Assembly (NCBI GenBank): GCA_043806035.1
Contig: JAZDHK010000028.1
Span: forward strand, 1 to 64,000
Direction of reading: 5' to 3'
DNA length: 64,000 nt
Source of the DNA: an archaeon
GTDB taxonomy: Archaea; Nanobdellota; Nanobdellia; Woesearchaeales; UBA9642
The position numbers and the translations under genes are program-made. Under the pieces are notes generated by a model, which saw nothing but the letters and a program-made list of their open reading frames with translations, ran no database searches and had not been told where the DNA came from. Shown piece after piece: positions 9,637-19,047 of the stretch (its first letter is position 1; the number at the start of each line of letters is the position of its first letter).

Positions 9637-10791
9637 TTACTTGAACTGCAAAGCATTCCTTGCCTGCAAAACACGCATTTTGTAGGCAGCGTGCCGCTTC
9701 TCTAACTCTTCATATGCATTCTCAAGATCCTTGACGTAATCTTTTGTCGAGGTCGAGCTCTTCATGCTGTCAAAGACGGATGCTTTCTTGATAAGCTGCT
9801 CGTATTCCATCTTCAACTGCAACCGTTCTTCATCCATTTTCTTGAGGATGTCATCAAGCTCCTTCTGCTTTTCAAAGAAACGCTCGAACCTCTTCGAGAC
9901 ATCAACAGGTGTTCCCGACTGGAGCTGGCGTTGTGTCTGTCTCGCTTTTCTCAACACGGCATCTTGCGCTGCCTGAATCTTCCGCTCATGATCAAATTGC
10001 GCCTCGACGAGCGGGTCAATGAACTTCTTCTTCATGCGCGAAAGGCTCCCGAGTATCTCCTCGGCAACTTTGCGAAGCTTCTCAAGATGTTCTTCGCTGT
10101 ACTTGAACGTCGCCCGCTCCTTATTCAAATCATCTCTGACTAACTTTAGCCTTCCCTGCATTTCATCAATGCGTTTCCTGATCGCTTCCTCCTGTGCCTC
10201 GAGACTAATGACCTTCTTCTCTTCAGACGTCATGGTGCCTTCCGTGTTCTTGACATCGCCGATGAGCTGCATGAACCTCTTCTCTTCACTGCCAAGCTGC
10301 CGATGCGCATCATCTATCTTCTTCGCATAGTCCATGCGCTGCTTGTCCAGCTCAGTATCAAGATTGTGTTTCATGTCCTCATACTGCTTGAGCTCAAGCA
10401 ATTCATTCTTGACTTTCTCGATTTCCTGAGCGAGACCGTTACGCACTTCTTCGAACTCTTTCCTGAAGCGGGAGATGGCATCTGCACTGTCCTCAAGATT
10501 GTTCAGACTCGTCTCGACCTTCCTGATGAAGCTCTCCTTGTGGCTTAAGTATTCCTTTGTCTTCTTAGCAACCTCTGATTTTGACAGCCTTCGCTCCTCC
10601 AAGAACATGGTGCTCAAGCTGTACTCGACCGTGATAAGCCCTTCTTCTTCTAGAAAGAGCGCCCAGTCCTTGATGACATCAACACTGACGCCCAACTCCT
10701 TTGCTGCCTTATCAACCGTGATCTTTTTTTCTTTGCTCACCAGTTCGATGAGCTTGTCCGGACCAGTCAGTATCTTTTTCTGCTCTTGCAT
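9637..10791 (-). CDS. N-terminal winged-HTH plus long coiled-coil protein
   Basis: ITVDKAAKELGVSVDVIKDWALFLEEEGLI followed by about 300 aa of heptad-rich E/K/L sequence. Confidence 0.7.
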   Translation of the reverse strand: MQEQKKILTGPDKLIELVSKEKKITVDKAAKELGVSVDVIKDWALFLEEEGLITVEYSLSTMFLEERRLSKSEVAKKTKEYLSHKESFIRKVETSLNNLEDSADAISRFRKEFEEVRNGLAQEIEKVKNELLELKQYEDMKHNLDTELDKQRMDYAKKIDDAHRQLGSEEKRFMQLIGDVKNTEGTMTSEEKKVISLEAQEEAIRKRIDEMQGRLKLVRDDLNKERATFKYSEEHLEKLRKVAEEILGSLSRMKKKFIDPLVEAQFDHERKIQAAQDAVLRKARQTQRQLQSGTPVDVSKRFERFFEKQKELDDILKKMDEERLQLKMEYEQLIKKASVFDSMKSSTSTKDYVKDLENAYEELEKRHAAYKMRVLQARNALQFK

Positions 10792-10870
10792 AGCCTAACA
10801 CCTGGATACGCCATTTAAATATCTTTCTAGTTGCGACAGATGCACCTGGCGAACCCGCACACCCATCTGC

Positions 10871-11827
10871 TTACGTGCACACCGTGTAGTTGAGCCCGGT
10901 CATGCCGTAATAGGCGAAATGACCCTGATCTATCCTGAACCAATCATCTGTGTAGTGCATGTTCTGCACCTGGCAACGGTCGTTTGCAGTCGAGGTGTTT
11001 GTAAAGTACAGATAATCAGCGATGCTATAGTCCCTGCTGATGAGCGATTCATCCAACGAGGGCAAGTACACAAAACTCTCAATGCCGAAAGGACTGGAAC
11101 TGATATTTCCCTCGAAGCGCATAAGATAGCTCGGCGCGTCAGGATTCTCATGATAGTAGCTGCCGTTGAGGAACAGTCGCAGATTTGTCGTGTCATTGTT
11201 TGAAAGGTTCACGAACGGCGTTTCCGTGAATTGTTTGATGATGACAATGAACTTCCCTTTCGCATACACGCTGTACAGCGGATCTTTCAAATCCAGAATG
11301 GGCACCGTGACGTTGAATTCTTTCTCATAATTCCATTGCGCCACGCCGAACTGATCACTAATGTTGATGATGTAGACAATGCTGATCATGACATCCCACG
11401 GGTCCACCTGCAGCATGTTCACTTGTTTGGGGGTGAGGCTGAGGTTGATGTTCACCTGGCTGGCAAGCTGTTCGACTTTGGCTTCATAATCGCTTAAGCT
11501 CGCATTCTGCATGAGTGCTGTCGACGTGCCGTTTATCGTGCCCAGATAAAATGCTTCGAGGAAACTCTCGTTCGTGCTGTTCAGGAACTGCCCTGAGCGT
11601 GCAACCTGATCTTCTAACGCAATGAACGCCCTATACCCTGAAATGTACATGCTTCGCTGCAGGTCATCATGAATGTCATTGATGAAGCTGATCATGGAAG
11701 ATACTCGGTACTCATGCGCTTCTTGCCGTGTCGTGTATGGTGTCGATGTCTTGAAGAAGACGAGAACAGTGATGAGTGCGAGGATGACGAATGCCACGTA
11801 CGTGTAAATGATTCCTCTCTTCATCAT
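10871..11827 (-). CDS. Pilin-like secreted protein (class III signal)
   Basis: MKRG|IIYTYVAFVILAL; many N-x-S/T sequons. Confidence 0.7.
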   Translation of the reverse strand: MMKRGIIYTYVAFVILALITVLVFFKTSTPYTTRQEAHEYRVSSMISFINDIHDDLQRSMYISGYRAFIALEDQVARSGQFLNSTNESFLEAFYLGTINGTSTALMQNASLSDYEAKVEQLASQVNINLSLTPKQVNMLQVDPWDVMISIVYIINISDQFGVAQWNYEKEFNVTVPILDLKDPLYSVYAKGKFIVIIKQFTETPFVNLSNNDTTNLRLFLNGSYYHENPDAPSYLMRFEGNISSSPFGIESFVYLPSLDESLISRDYSIADYLYFTNTSTANDRCQVQNMHYTDDWFRIDQGHFAYYGMTGLNYTVCT

Positions 11828-11828
11828 G

Positions 11829-14588
11829 TTACCTCCACACGTCCACCTGCATCAATGAAGGACCCCACAAGTAGGGCACTTGCTGCACAAGGCTTATCAC
11901 GAGCTCGAGATCGAACTGGTCCAGATTGACAAGGACCCTGCCGTTCCTATCAAAATCAAGCTGCTGCAAGAGGTCAAAAATGGGCATTTGGTAGGCGTCA
12001 AGCGCATCATAGCTGATGCTGGCGTTCGTGTACGAGCACAGATTCGCCCCCGAGTAGTTCGAGGGTATGAGCGTCTGGCTGAAGCTCCCATCCTCGAACT
12101 CTATCGTCCAATTACAGCCCTCGGCTTTTGGCAGAACGATGCTTCTCGGTGTTGAGCTGTTCACCATCGCCAAGTAAATGATCGTGTTGTTCAACGAGCA
12201 GCCAGTTTCCAGTAGAGAACTATCTCCCGTAAGGAGGGTTATGTTGTTCTCGCCAATGTTGAGAAGAGAGGCGGGAACGCTGATACTGTACGGGTCTCCG
12301 AGGCTTGCGAAATCAGCCCCGTACACGGATAGGTTGTAGACGGTGATATTGTTGATGATGACGTCTCTCGTCCAGTGCTCGCCACTGTAGCTCGTCACTC
12401 TAGCAGATATAATCCTTACACCTTCAGGAATGGTGAAAGTGGTATTGCATCCGCTGAACGGGCTGCTTTGCAACACGATGCTAATCTCGTTCGGCTGTGG
12501 CTGGTCAACATACGGCGTGTACGTGAGGTTGATGACGGAGTCATCATACAATACTGAAGGAACGAGACCTCCCTCGCTCACGACGAGGCTTTGCGCGCTC
12601 AGATTAACAGAGACAGTCCTGTTGGCAATGAATTTGTAAATATCTTTAAGTACGCTTGCGTTCGAGCTGATGAAGTAGCTGCCATTGGAGACGTTAGCAA
12701 TCATGCGCAACGTATAGTTTGCGTTTGTACACGTTTCTAATGGGCCTATGCCTACTGCATAGACCGTGACGTTGAGATCATCAAAAAGCCGTTGGGCAGA
12801 GTGTATTGCATTCGCGATGGGTGCATTGCACTGATTCCCTGTGCAGTCAGCCATATTTCCCCCGCAGTCGTTATCAACTGACACACTATTCACTCCTGTG
12901 CTCGTTGTGGAGCAATACCAATGACTTCCGCTCTTGTATCTGCCACAGCAGTAGGCAGGGATGCCGTCTGTCATGAGCACGACAGATCGTTTTCTTGTCG
13001 GGTTGCTGTACAAAGGATTACTGAGCAGATTATACGCCCTATTAAGCCCACAGCAGATGCACGTGCCGCCTGAAGGGGTTGGTGTCCAGTACGTTGTGCT
13101 AATTGACTGGTTCAGCAGCACTTGGGAAACGTTGGTGAGATCGCTGGAATATTCAGAATCATCAGAGAACGTAACGAGCCAGACTCGCGTGCCGTTATAG
13201 CTGGCATTCATCACATAATTGACGAATTCCCAATCGAGGCATGCCGCTACCTTGCTTCTTTTCGCCGATGAGTTCTCAAGCCATGTGTCATTGCAGTTGG
13301 GGATATTGTAGCCACTGCTTCCGCTTATCATGTTCCAGTTCATGCTGCCTGACATGTCCGTGATGAGAACGATGTCTGCGCTACTACCATTTATGGGGAT
13401 GAAGCTCGTATTGAAGCTGCTGAAGCGAATGGGAATGGTTCTGTTAGACAGCTGATCCAAGTACAGCACGGTGAGATTCTCCATGCCGAGCGTGACATTG
13501 GTTTCGTTCTGCGTCACGTTCGATCCGTTAGAAATGGCAGAGTAGACGAGCTTGTCTTCGATGTACAAAAAGGTTGAGTAGTTCGTCTTGTAGTGCAGGA
13601 ATATGCTGATATTCGTCAATTCCCCAGGAACGATGAATGCATCATACAGGTTGACAAGACCGCTTATGCCCGGGAAGGAGTACTGCTCAAGGCCGAACGT
13701 GTAGTTCTCCTGCAGCTGGTCGGTCCTGTACGTCACTTTGAAGTAGCCTCCTGCAAGGTATGCCTGGCTGATGTTGCCCTGGAAGACCATGCTCAGATTG
13801 GTTCTGGGCATGGTGATGAAGTCCTTGCAATGCGTGAGATTCCATCGTTTCGACTGGCTCGTATTCTGGACGGGAGTGAAGACTGCAGACGCATTTGAGC
13901 TGTTGCAGGCATTGCCATTGATGCTGAGCGTGAATGTTGCATTGCCTGCTGCCACCTCTAGGATGACATCGGTAATGTCAGATGTGTTCACATCAACAGG
14001 CAGGGTATCAATGAACGTAGTGATGTTTCCCTGCCCTATGAACCCACCAAAATAGGCATAACTTGAAGTTTTCTTGTTCTTTGCCCTCTTCACGAACGCT
14101 GAAGCCGTGCTGCCGAGCAGGGATTCGTTCTGCTGCACCTGCTTTATGCCTGAAATCATACGCCTCGCCACGATGCGCTCCTGCACCGGCAGTTGGCTGT
14201 TGTTGTACACGACCGTCCTTGGTGACTGTATCGTCTCGAAGAAGCTGATGTTCACCCCATGATTCTCCGGCGTGAGATTGCCCAGGAATGTCGCGATTAG
14301 TGTTGAAGCCTTGTCCGATTTGTTGAGCGCCCAGTACTCGCCCGCCTGCTCAAGTAGAGATTTGTTCTCATCGGTAATATTGCCATTGGTTATCTCTGCC
14401 AAAATGAATGTATCATTCAGCTCTGCAAGCCTCACCGTCTGCAATGCGAGGACGATGTCCTCAGCATAGAACGTCACTTGATCAGTGGTGTGCTTGAACG
14501 TAGAGACTTCGTTGATGAGCAGTAATCCTCCGATGAGCAGCATGGCTGCCAAGATGCTATCCATGGTGAACAGTATTGCTTTTCTCAA
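11829..14588 (-). CDS. Large pilin-like vWA-domain adhesin (TadG/PilY1-like role)
   Basis: RKA|ILFTMD signal, MIDAS DMSGS, GGT, VLMTDG, VTVYAVGIG; Cys-rich insert; TTG start overlapping the upstream stop. Confidence 0.8.
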   Translation of the reverse strand: MRKAILFTMDSILAAMLLIGGLLLINEVSTFKHTTDQVTFYAEDIVLALQTVRLAELNDTFILAEITNGNITDENKSLLEQAGEYWALNKSDKASTLIATFLGNLTPENHGVNISFFETIQSPRTVVYNNSQLPVQERIVARRMISGIKQVQQNESLLGSTASAFVKRAKNKKTSSYAYFGGFIGQGNITTFIDTLPVDVNTSDITDVILEVAAGNATFTLSINGNACNSSNASAVFTPVQNTSQSKRWNLTHCKDFITMPRTNLSMVFQGNISQAYLAGGYFKVTYRTDQLQENYTFGLEQYSFPGISGLVNLYDAFIVPGELTNISIFLHYKTNYSTFLYIEDKLVYSAISNGSNVTQNETNVTLGMENLTVLYLDQLSNRTIPIRFSSFNTSFIPINGSSADIVLITDMSGSMNWNMISGSSGYNIPNCNDTWLENSSAKRSKVAACLDWEFVNYVMNASYNGTRVWLVTFSDDSEYSSDLTNVSQVLLNQSISTTYWTPTPSGGTCICCGLNRAYNLLSNPLYSNPTRKRSVVLMTDGIPAYCCGRYKSGSHWYCSTTSTGVNSVSVDNDCGGNMADCTGNQCNAPIANAIHSAQRLFDDLNVTVYAVGIGPLETCTNANYTLRMIANVSNGSYFISSNASVLKDIYKFIANRTVSVNLSAQSLVVSEGGLVPSVLYDDSVINLTYTPYVDQPQPNEISIVLQSSPFSGCNTTFTIPEGVRIISARVTSYSGEHWTRDVIINNITVYNLSVYGADFASLGDPYSISVPASLLNIGENNITLLTGDSSLLETGCSLNNTIIYLAMVNSSTPRSIVLPKAEGCNWTIEFEDGSFSQTLIPSNYSGANLCSYTNASISYDALDAYQMPIFDLLQQLDFDRNGRVLVNLDQFDLELVISLVQQVPYLWGPSLMQVDVWR

Positions 14589-15106
14589 TTACCCACCTTC
14601 AAGTCAAAAACGTACACGTTCATCTTGATGAGGCTGCTGTTGAAGAGCAGAAATCTCGTTACCTTGACGAGATTATCGTAGGATGTGCTGTTCAGCTGGA
14701 ACGTGCAGTTGCCATTATCCTGCACGACACGAGCAGATCCATATCCACATGCCGTGATGTTGAGTATGTCTGTCTCATTCTGGAAATTGATGAAGAAATC
14801 GTATCTGAGCGTCATGAGCTGCTTTGCCGCACTATACGAGATGGATTGGTTGGTGAGCCACTGATACTTGGCAATGTCAAGACGATCCGCAGTCAGCAAT
14901 CCTATCCTGTACGGGCTGCCCGTCAGCGACCAATTTTCGGGATTGCCTTCGCTCATGAGGTAGTTGCTCAGAGTTATTGCTTCTTGTTGTAAGAGAGTAG
15001 CGTCTACAGGGAAGAGCCCCGCAATGATCTTGATGCTAAGCAGCAGCGCAGCTATGAATATTATGACGCTGATGAAGAAGTCCGCGGTGAAGCTTTGTCC
15101 TTTCAT
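14585..15106 (-). CDS. Minor pilin-like protein
   Basis: MKG|QSFTADFFISVIIF; LMSEGNPENW motif. Confidence 0.75.
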   Translation of the reverse strand: MKGQSFTADFFISVIIFIAALLLSIKIIAGLFPVDATLLQQEAITLSNYLMSEGNPENWSLTGSPYRIGLLTADRLDIAKYQWLTNQSISYSAAKQLMTLRYDFFINFQNETDILNITACGYGSARVVQDNGNCTFQLNSTSYDNLVKVTRFLLFNSSLIKMNVYVFDLKVGN

Positions 15107-15136
15107 AGTATTGTGCGTTGCAACCTAATGACGTGA

Positions 15137-15526
15137 TCACGTATGGCTGTTGATGATGGCTCCTGAGCTGTTCATGAAGAGCGTGTTGTTCCCCTTGGCA
15201 AGCCCATCACCAGCAAGAGGAGGTGCCCTGAACGAATATATCGCAGTCGCTGTGCTCACGGAAAAACCGTCAACATCAGAGGTTATTGAATAATTGTGCC
15301 CTTGCAGCATTTCGGGAATGACAACTGTTCTCGTGTAGCCTTGCGGGCTCTTTGCGGCAAGCAGCAATTCCGACTGTATGCTTTCCCCGAAGTTCTTGAG
15401 CAGCGCGTCCTGCTTTTGCTGCACTTGATCGAGCAGGATGGTGTTCAGGACAATGAGTGATATGCTCATGATGATGATACCTACTGCAATGAGTGCAATG
15501 AATTCTATGGTGATTTGCGCTTTCAT
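15137..15526 (-). CDS. Minor pilin-like protein
   Basis: MKA|QITIEFIALIAVG class III signal. Confidence 0.78.
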   Translation of the reverse strand: MKAQITIEFIALIAVGIIIMSISLIVLNTILLDQVQQKQDALLKNFGESIQSELLLAAKSPQGYTRTVVIPEMLQGHNYSITSDVDGFSVSTATAIYSFRAPPLAGDGLAKGNNTLFMNSSGAIINSHT

Positions 15527-15529
15527 GCA

Positions 15530-15997
15530 TTACCCGTTCGTAATACTCACATTCCCTGAGGGAAGAGCTTCTATCCGTATGGTGTTCATGCCATGAATGA
15601 TGGCCATGCTACCTTCAATATCAGTTATGGCATCTCTTGAAAGCGTGTATACCGTCCGCTCTCCTTGAACGGAAATCAGCATGCTTTTGTTGCTGAACGC
15701 AATGGCAATGACCCGTTGCGGCATGTACGCCTTTATGGTTTTTGTCGTCGGCGCCCCATAATAGTGCACGCCTTCTATGGTAGAAAGCATCTCATCAAGC
15801 ACTTTTGCTGCCTGGGAAAGGCTGACGTCATCATTGATGGCTTGCGTGTGGCTTAGGTAGATGATGATAACAGGAATGAGGAGGAGGAAGGCGAACCCCA
15901 TGATCAGTAAGTATTCCATGGCTGCCTGGCCGTAGTTGTGCTTTCCCACGCTGCGTTTCTGCAACCTCTTGTTCCGAACGTGACGAGAATGCATCAC
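15530..15997 (-). CDS. Minor pilin-like protein
   Basis: Long basic leader then G|QAAMEYLLIMGF; GGAGGTG RBS. Confidence 0.78.
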   Translation of the reverse strand: MMHSRHVRNKRLQKRSVGKHNYGQAAMEYLLIMGFAFLLLIPVIIIYLSHTQAINDDVSLSQAAKVLDEMLSTIEGVHYYGAPTTKTIKAYMPQRVIAIAFSNKSMLISVQGERTVYTLSRDAITDIEGSMAIIHGMNTIRIEALPSGNVSITNG

Positions 15998-16111
15998 CCA
16001 CCTCCGTACTTTTTGCAGAAACCGAGTTTATAAAGTTAGTGAAAACCGACGCACGACAGAACGTTCCATTTGCCACTTATGCAAGAATGCACAAATATGA
16101 ATGCAGATAAC

Positions 16112-17098
16112 TCACAAGAACATGCTGACGACCAGATAACTCCCCGCAGCGAAGATGGCAGCGACAGGAATGGTGATGATCCATGCCCAGACAATCTTTC
16201 GGGCAGTCACCCAACGGACGGCTTTCGCATTCTCCACGCTACCAACGCCCATGATGGATCCGGCGATGACGTGGGTAGTGCTGACGGGAACGCCCAAGTG
16301 TGCCGTGCCTATGAGCACGAGTGCAGAAGAGCTTTCCGCACAGAATCCTTCTGTCGGCCGTATCTTCGTTATGCTCGTCCCCATGGTCTTGACAATCCTC
16401 CACCCGCCAAATATTGTTCCTAAAGCAATGGCTGCGTGACAAGAAAAAATGACCCAGTTGTCAACCCTGAACGCACTGATTGCTCCTGTTGTAAAAAGCA
16501 CCAACGCTATAATGCCCATGGTTTTCTGCGCATCATTCGTACCATGCCCGACACTGTAAACAGCTGAGGAAAGAAGTTGCAAGTACTTGAATGCCTTGTT
16601 CGTTCGCTTCCTGTCCATAAGATGACACACCCATGTCACCAGAAGAGTGAAGAGCATCGCTCCAATCATGCCAATAAAAGGTGCAATGAAGATGAACAGG
16701 AACACCTTCAAGACGCCAGAAAGAATGACAATGTTCATGCCTGCCGCCGCAAACCCAGAACCCACCAGGCCGCCGATGAGCGCATGACTGCTTGATGTCG
16801 GCAGGCCTAGCAGCCAGGTAATGATGTTCCAAATGATGGCGCCAATGAGTGCAGCCAAAATGATAGGCAGGGTCACCAGTGTACTGTCAATGATCCCCTT
16901 ACCCACCATCGTGGCAATAGCAACACCGAAAATAAAGTAGCCGATGAAGTTCGCAGCACCTGCCATGAGCACTGCCTGGAACGGCTTGAGCGTTCTCGTA
17001 ACAACAACCGTCGCTATTGCATTTGCTGCATCATGGAATCCGTTCAGAAAGTCAAAGGCAAGCGCCACTGCAATGATGATGATTGCCAGCGTCTCCAT
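16112..17098 (-). CDS. pit: Inorganic phosphate transporter, PiT family
   Basis: NGFHDAANAIAT, GLPTSSSHALIG, HGTNDAQKTMG, PVSTTH. Confidence 0.95.
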   Translation of the reverse strand: METLAIIIIAVALAFDFLNGFHDAANAIATVVVTRTLKPFQAVLMAGAANFIGYFIFGVAIATMVGKGIIDSTLVTLPIILAALIGAIIWNIITWLLGLPTSSSHALIGGLVGSGFAAAGMNIVILSGVLKVFLFIFIAPFIGMIGAMLFTLLVTWVCHLMDRKRTNKAFKYLQLLSSAVYSVGHGTNDAQKTMGIIALVLFTTGAISAFRVDNWVIFSCHAAIALGTIFGGWRIVKTMGTSITKIRPTEGFCAESSSALVLIGTAHLGVPVSTTHVIAGSIMGVGSVENAKAVRWVTARKIVWAWIITIPVAAIFAAGSYLVVSMFL

Positions 17099-17102
17099 AC
17101 TT

Positions 17103-17738
17103 TTAGCCTTGCTTGATCAGCACCCGCTTGACGAGCTTCGCTATCGCCTGCACGTCATTGACGACATCTTCGAGCTGCGCATAAATCTCTTTCAGCTTAA
17201 TAATCTCTATGGGATCTTTTTTCTGAAAGAGTTCAGCCATGCTGTCGTGAAAGAGAAAATCAGCCTTGTGCTCTATCTCGTGGATGTTCTTGACAATGCC
17301 CTTCAGGTCTTTTCTTTCCTTGAGGCCGTGAATGAGTTTTTTGAGCTCTGCAGCGCCGTCAACCACCAGGTTGCTGAACGTCAGCATGTTCTTGGGAATG
17401 ACCTTAACGTGATAGACTTCTATCTTTTGAGAGATTCGCCGGATACTATCTAATGCGTCATCGACACTCACCACGATGGCATGGATGTCTTCCCTATCGA
17501 GAGGAGTGATGAAAGTCGTATCGAGCGCTTCCGAAATGAAGAGCTCTATCCTGTCCCCTTTGTGCTCGTATTCAGAAATTCTCAGCACCTGAGCATGGAG
17601 ATCATGCTCAGTCAGCACCTGCACATTCTTGATGAACTCCCTGAAATACACGCACGCTTCCCAGAAGTTGTCCACTTGGTTATTGAGATGCGTAAAAAAT
17701 GCGGTCTCCCGCGGAAGAAGCACATCAAACAACTTCAT
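17103..17738 (-). CDS. DUF47/PhoU-like phosphate transport regulator
   Basis: EHKGD..TFITPLDREDI..EHKAD; directly upstream of pit. Confidence 0.92.
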   Translation of the reverse strand: MKLFDVLLPRETAFFTHLNNQVDNFWEACVYFREFIKNVQVLTEHDLHAQVLRISEYEHKGDRIELFISEALDTTFITPLDREDIHAIVVSVDDALDSIRRISQKIEVYHVKVIPKNMLTFSNLVVDGAAELKKLIHGLKERKDLKGIVKNIHEIEHKADFLFHDSMAELFQKKDPIEIIKLKEIYAQLEDVVNDVQAIAKLVKRVLIKQG

Positions 17739-17804
17739 GAACTTGACACCTTTCCCACCAATTATAAAGCTTGTGTTTTAGAACTTCGGCTTTTTCACAT
17801 AGAC

Positions 17805-18209
17805 TCATTCGTGCCTGTATGACTGGCGAAGGACATCATCGATGCTGTAGATGTCCCGCATGTTGAAATCACGAATGCCTCTCCAGGAAGATCTGCAGCA
17901 GGGCTTAAGGTCAATAGCGAGACTGTCCCCTTCACCAATGAGACTATCGACATATTGCATCCGTTGGAAGTCTCCTTCAGGGATGTAGTCTCGAAAAATC
18001 ATGATGCCTGCGCTGTCATTCTCGAGGATGAGACGGTAGACGTGTTTCCCTGCAATTTCGTACATGCCGTGCCGGTATATCTTTCCCGTGACGAGCTGAG
18101 AATAAACGAGAGGCTCCGGCTTGCGGCGCTGATGAAACAACTCATGCGTGTCTTGCGCAAATAACACGGACGACAAGCAGAGCATGCCTACCGCCAAGAG
18201 CGATTTCAT
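17805..18209 (-). CDS. Hypothetical secreted protein
   Basis: MKSLLAVGMLCLSSVLFAQ Sec-type signal peptide. Confidence 0.55.
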   Translation of the reverse strand: MKSLLAVGMLCLSSVLFAQDTHELFHQRRKPEPLVYSQLVTGKIYRHGMYEIAGKHVYRLILENDSAGIMIFRDYIPEGDFQRMQYVDSLIGEGDSLAIDLKPCCRSSWRGIRDFNMRDIYSIDDVLRQSYRHE

Positions 18210-18246
18210 GATAGGGGCAATATGCATGAGAATAAAAATATATTCC

Positions 18247-19047
18247 TCATTGCCCTGTTTGGGCGATTTCTTCAGGTAGAGTTTCTCCATTCACCCTGTT
18301 GAATAGCTCCTCGTCGATGATTGGTTTAAAAGAACCTTTGTAGAACGTGTCCTTGTACTTGACTTTGCCGATGTACGTCGGGTTCTTGATGATAGTGTAC
18401 AGCGTCGATATGGGCAGACCATATTTTGCCGCTATCTCCTTATAGCTTATGCCTTGCGCCCACATGGCGAAGATCTCCCTCACTTTTTCAGCATTTTCTT
18501 CGTGCACGACAAGCTTTTTGTTCACGTATTTGTAGCCGAGGGGAGCTCTCGACAATGCCTCTCCTAACTCGATTTTCCTGCTGAAGGCGAGTTCTACACG
18601 ATCTTTAATCATGCCTCTCTCCAATTGGGCGAAGACGCCTATTATCTGGAAGAACGCCTCACCCATCGCAGATGTCGTGTCTATCTGCTCGGTAACGGAG
18701 GTGAAATTGATTCCTTGCTCCTTCAGCTTCTCCATAATCGTGATAAGATCCTTGAGCTTTCTCGAGAACCTATCAACTTTGTAGACGAGGATGATACTGA
18801 ATTTCTTTTCCTCCGCGTCACGCATGAGCAGCTCGAACGCAGGCCTGTTCATGCTGCCCGCGCTGAAGCCCGCATCCTGGTAGACTTTGTAGACGGTCCA
18901 GCCCTTCGCCTCGCAATATGATCTACAACGGTCAACTTGCGCCTTCAGAGAGATGCCTTCTAGGGCTTGTTCTTCTGTCGAGACGCGGACGTAGATGGCT
19001 ACTTGGTTCTTGACCTGCTCAGTGTTTGAAATGTTCTTCCTTACCAT
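18247..19047 (-). CDS. Serine recombinase (resolvase catalytic domain plus recombinase domain)
   Basis: AIYVRVSTEEQ, DAGFSAGSMNRPAF, VYKVDRFSR, FAQLER, APLGY, NPTYIG, PIIDEELF. Confidence 0.93.
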   Translation of the reverse strand: MVRKNISNTEQVKNQVAIYVRVSTEEQALEGISLKAQVDRCRSYCEAKGWTVYKVYQDAGFSAGSMNRPAFELLMRDAEEKKFSIILVYKVDRFSRKLKDLITIMEKLKEQGINFTSVTEQIDTTSAMGEAFFQIIGVFAQLERGMIKDRVELAFSRKIELGEALSRAPLGYKYVNKKLVVHEENAEKVREIFAMWAQGISYKEIAAKYGLPISTLYTIIKNPTYIGKVKYKDTFYKGSFKPIIDEELFNRVNGETLPEEIAQTGQ

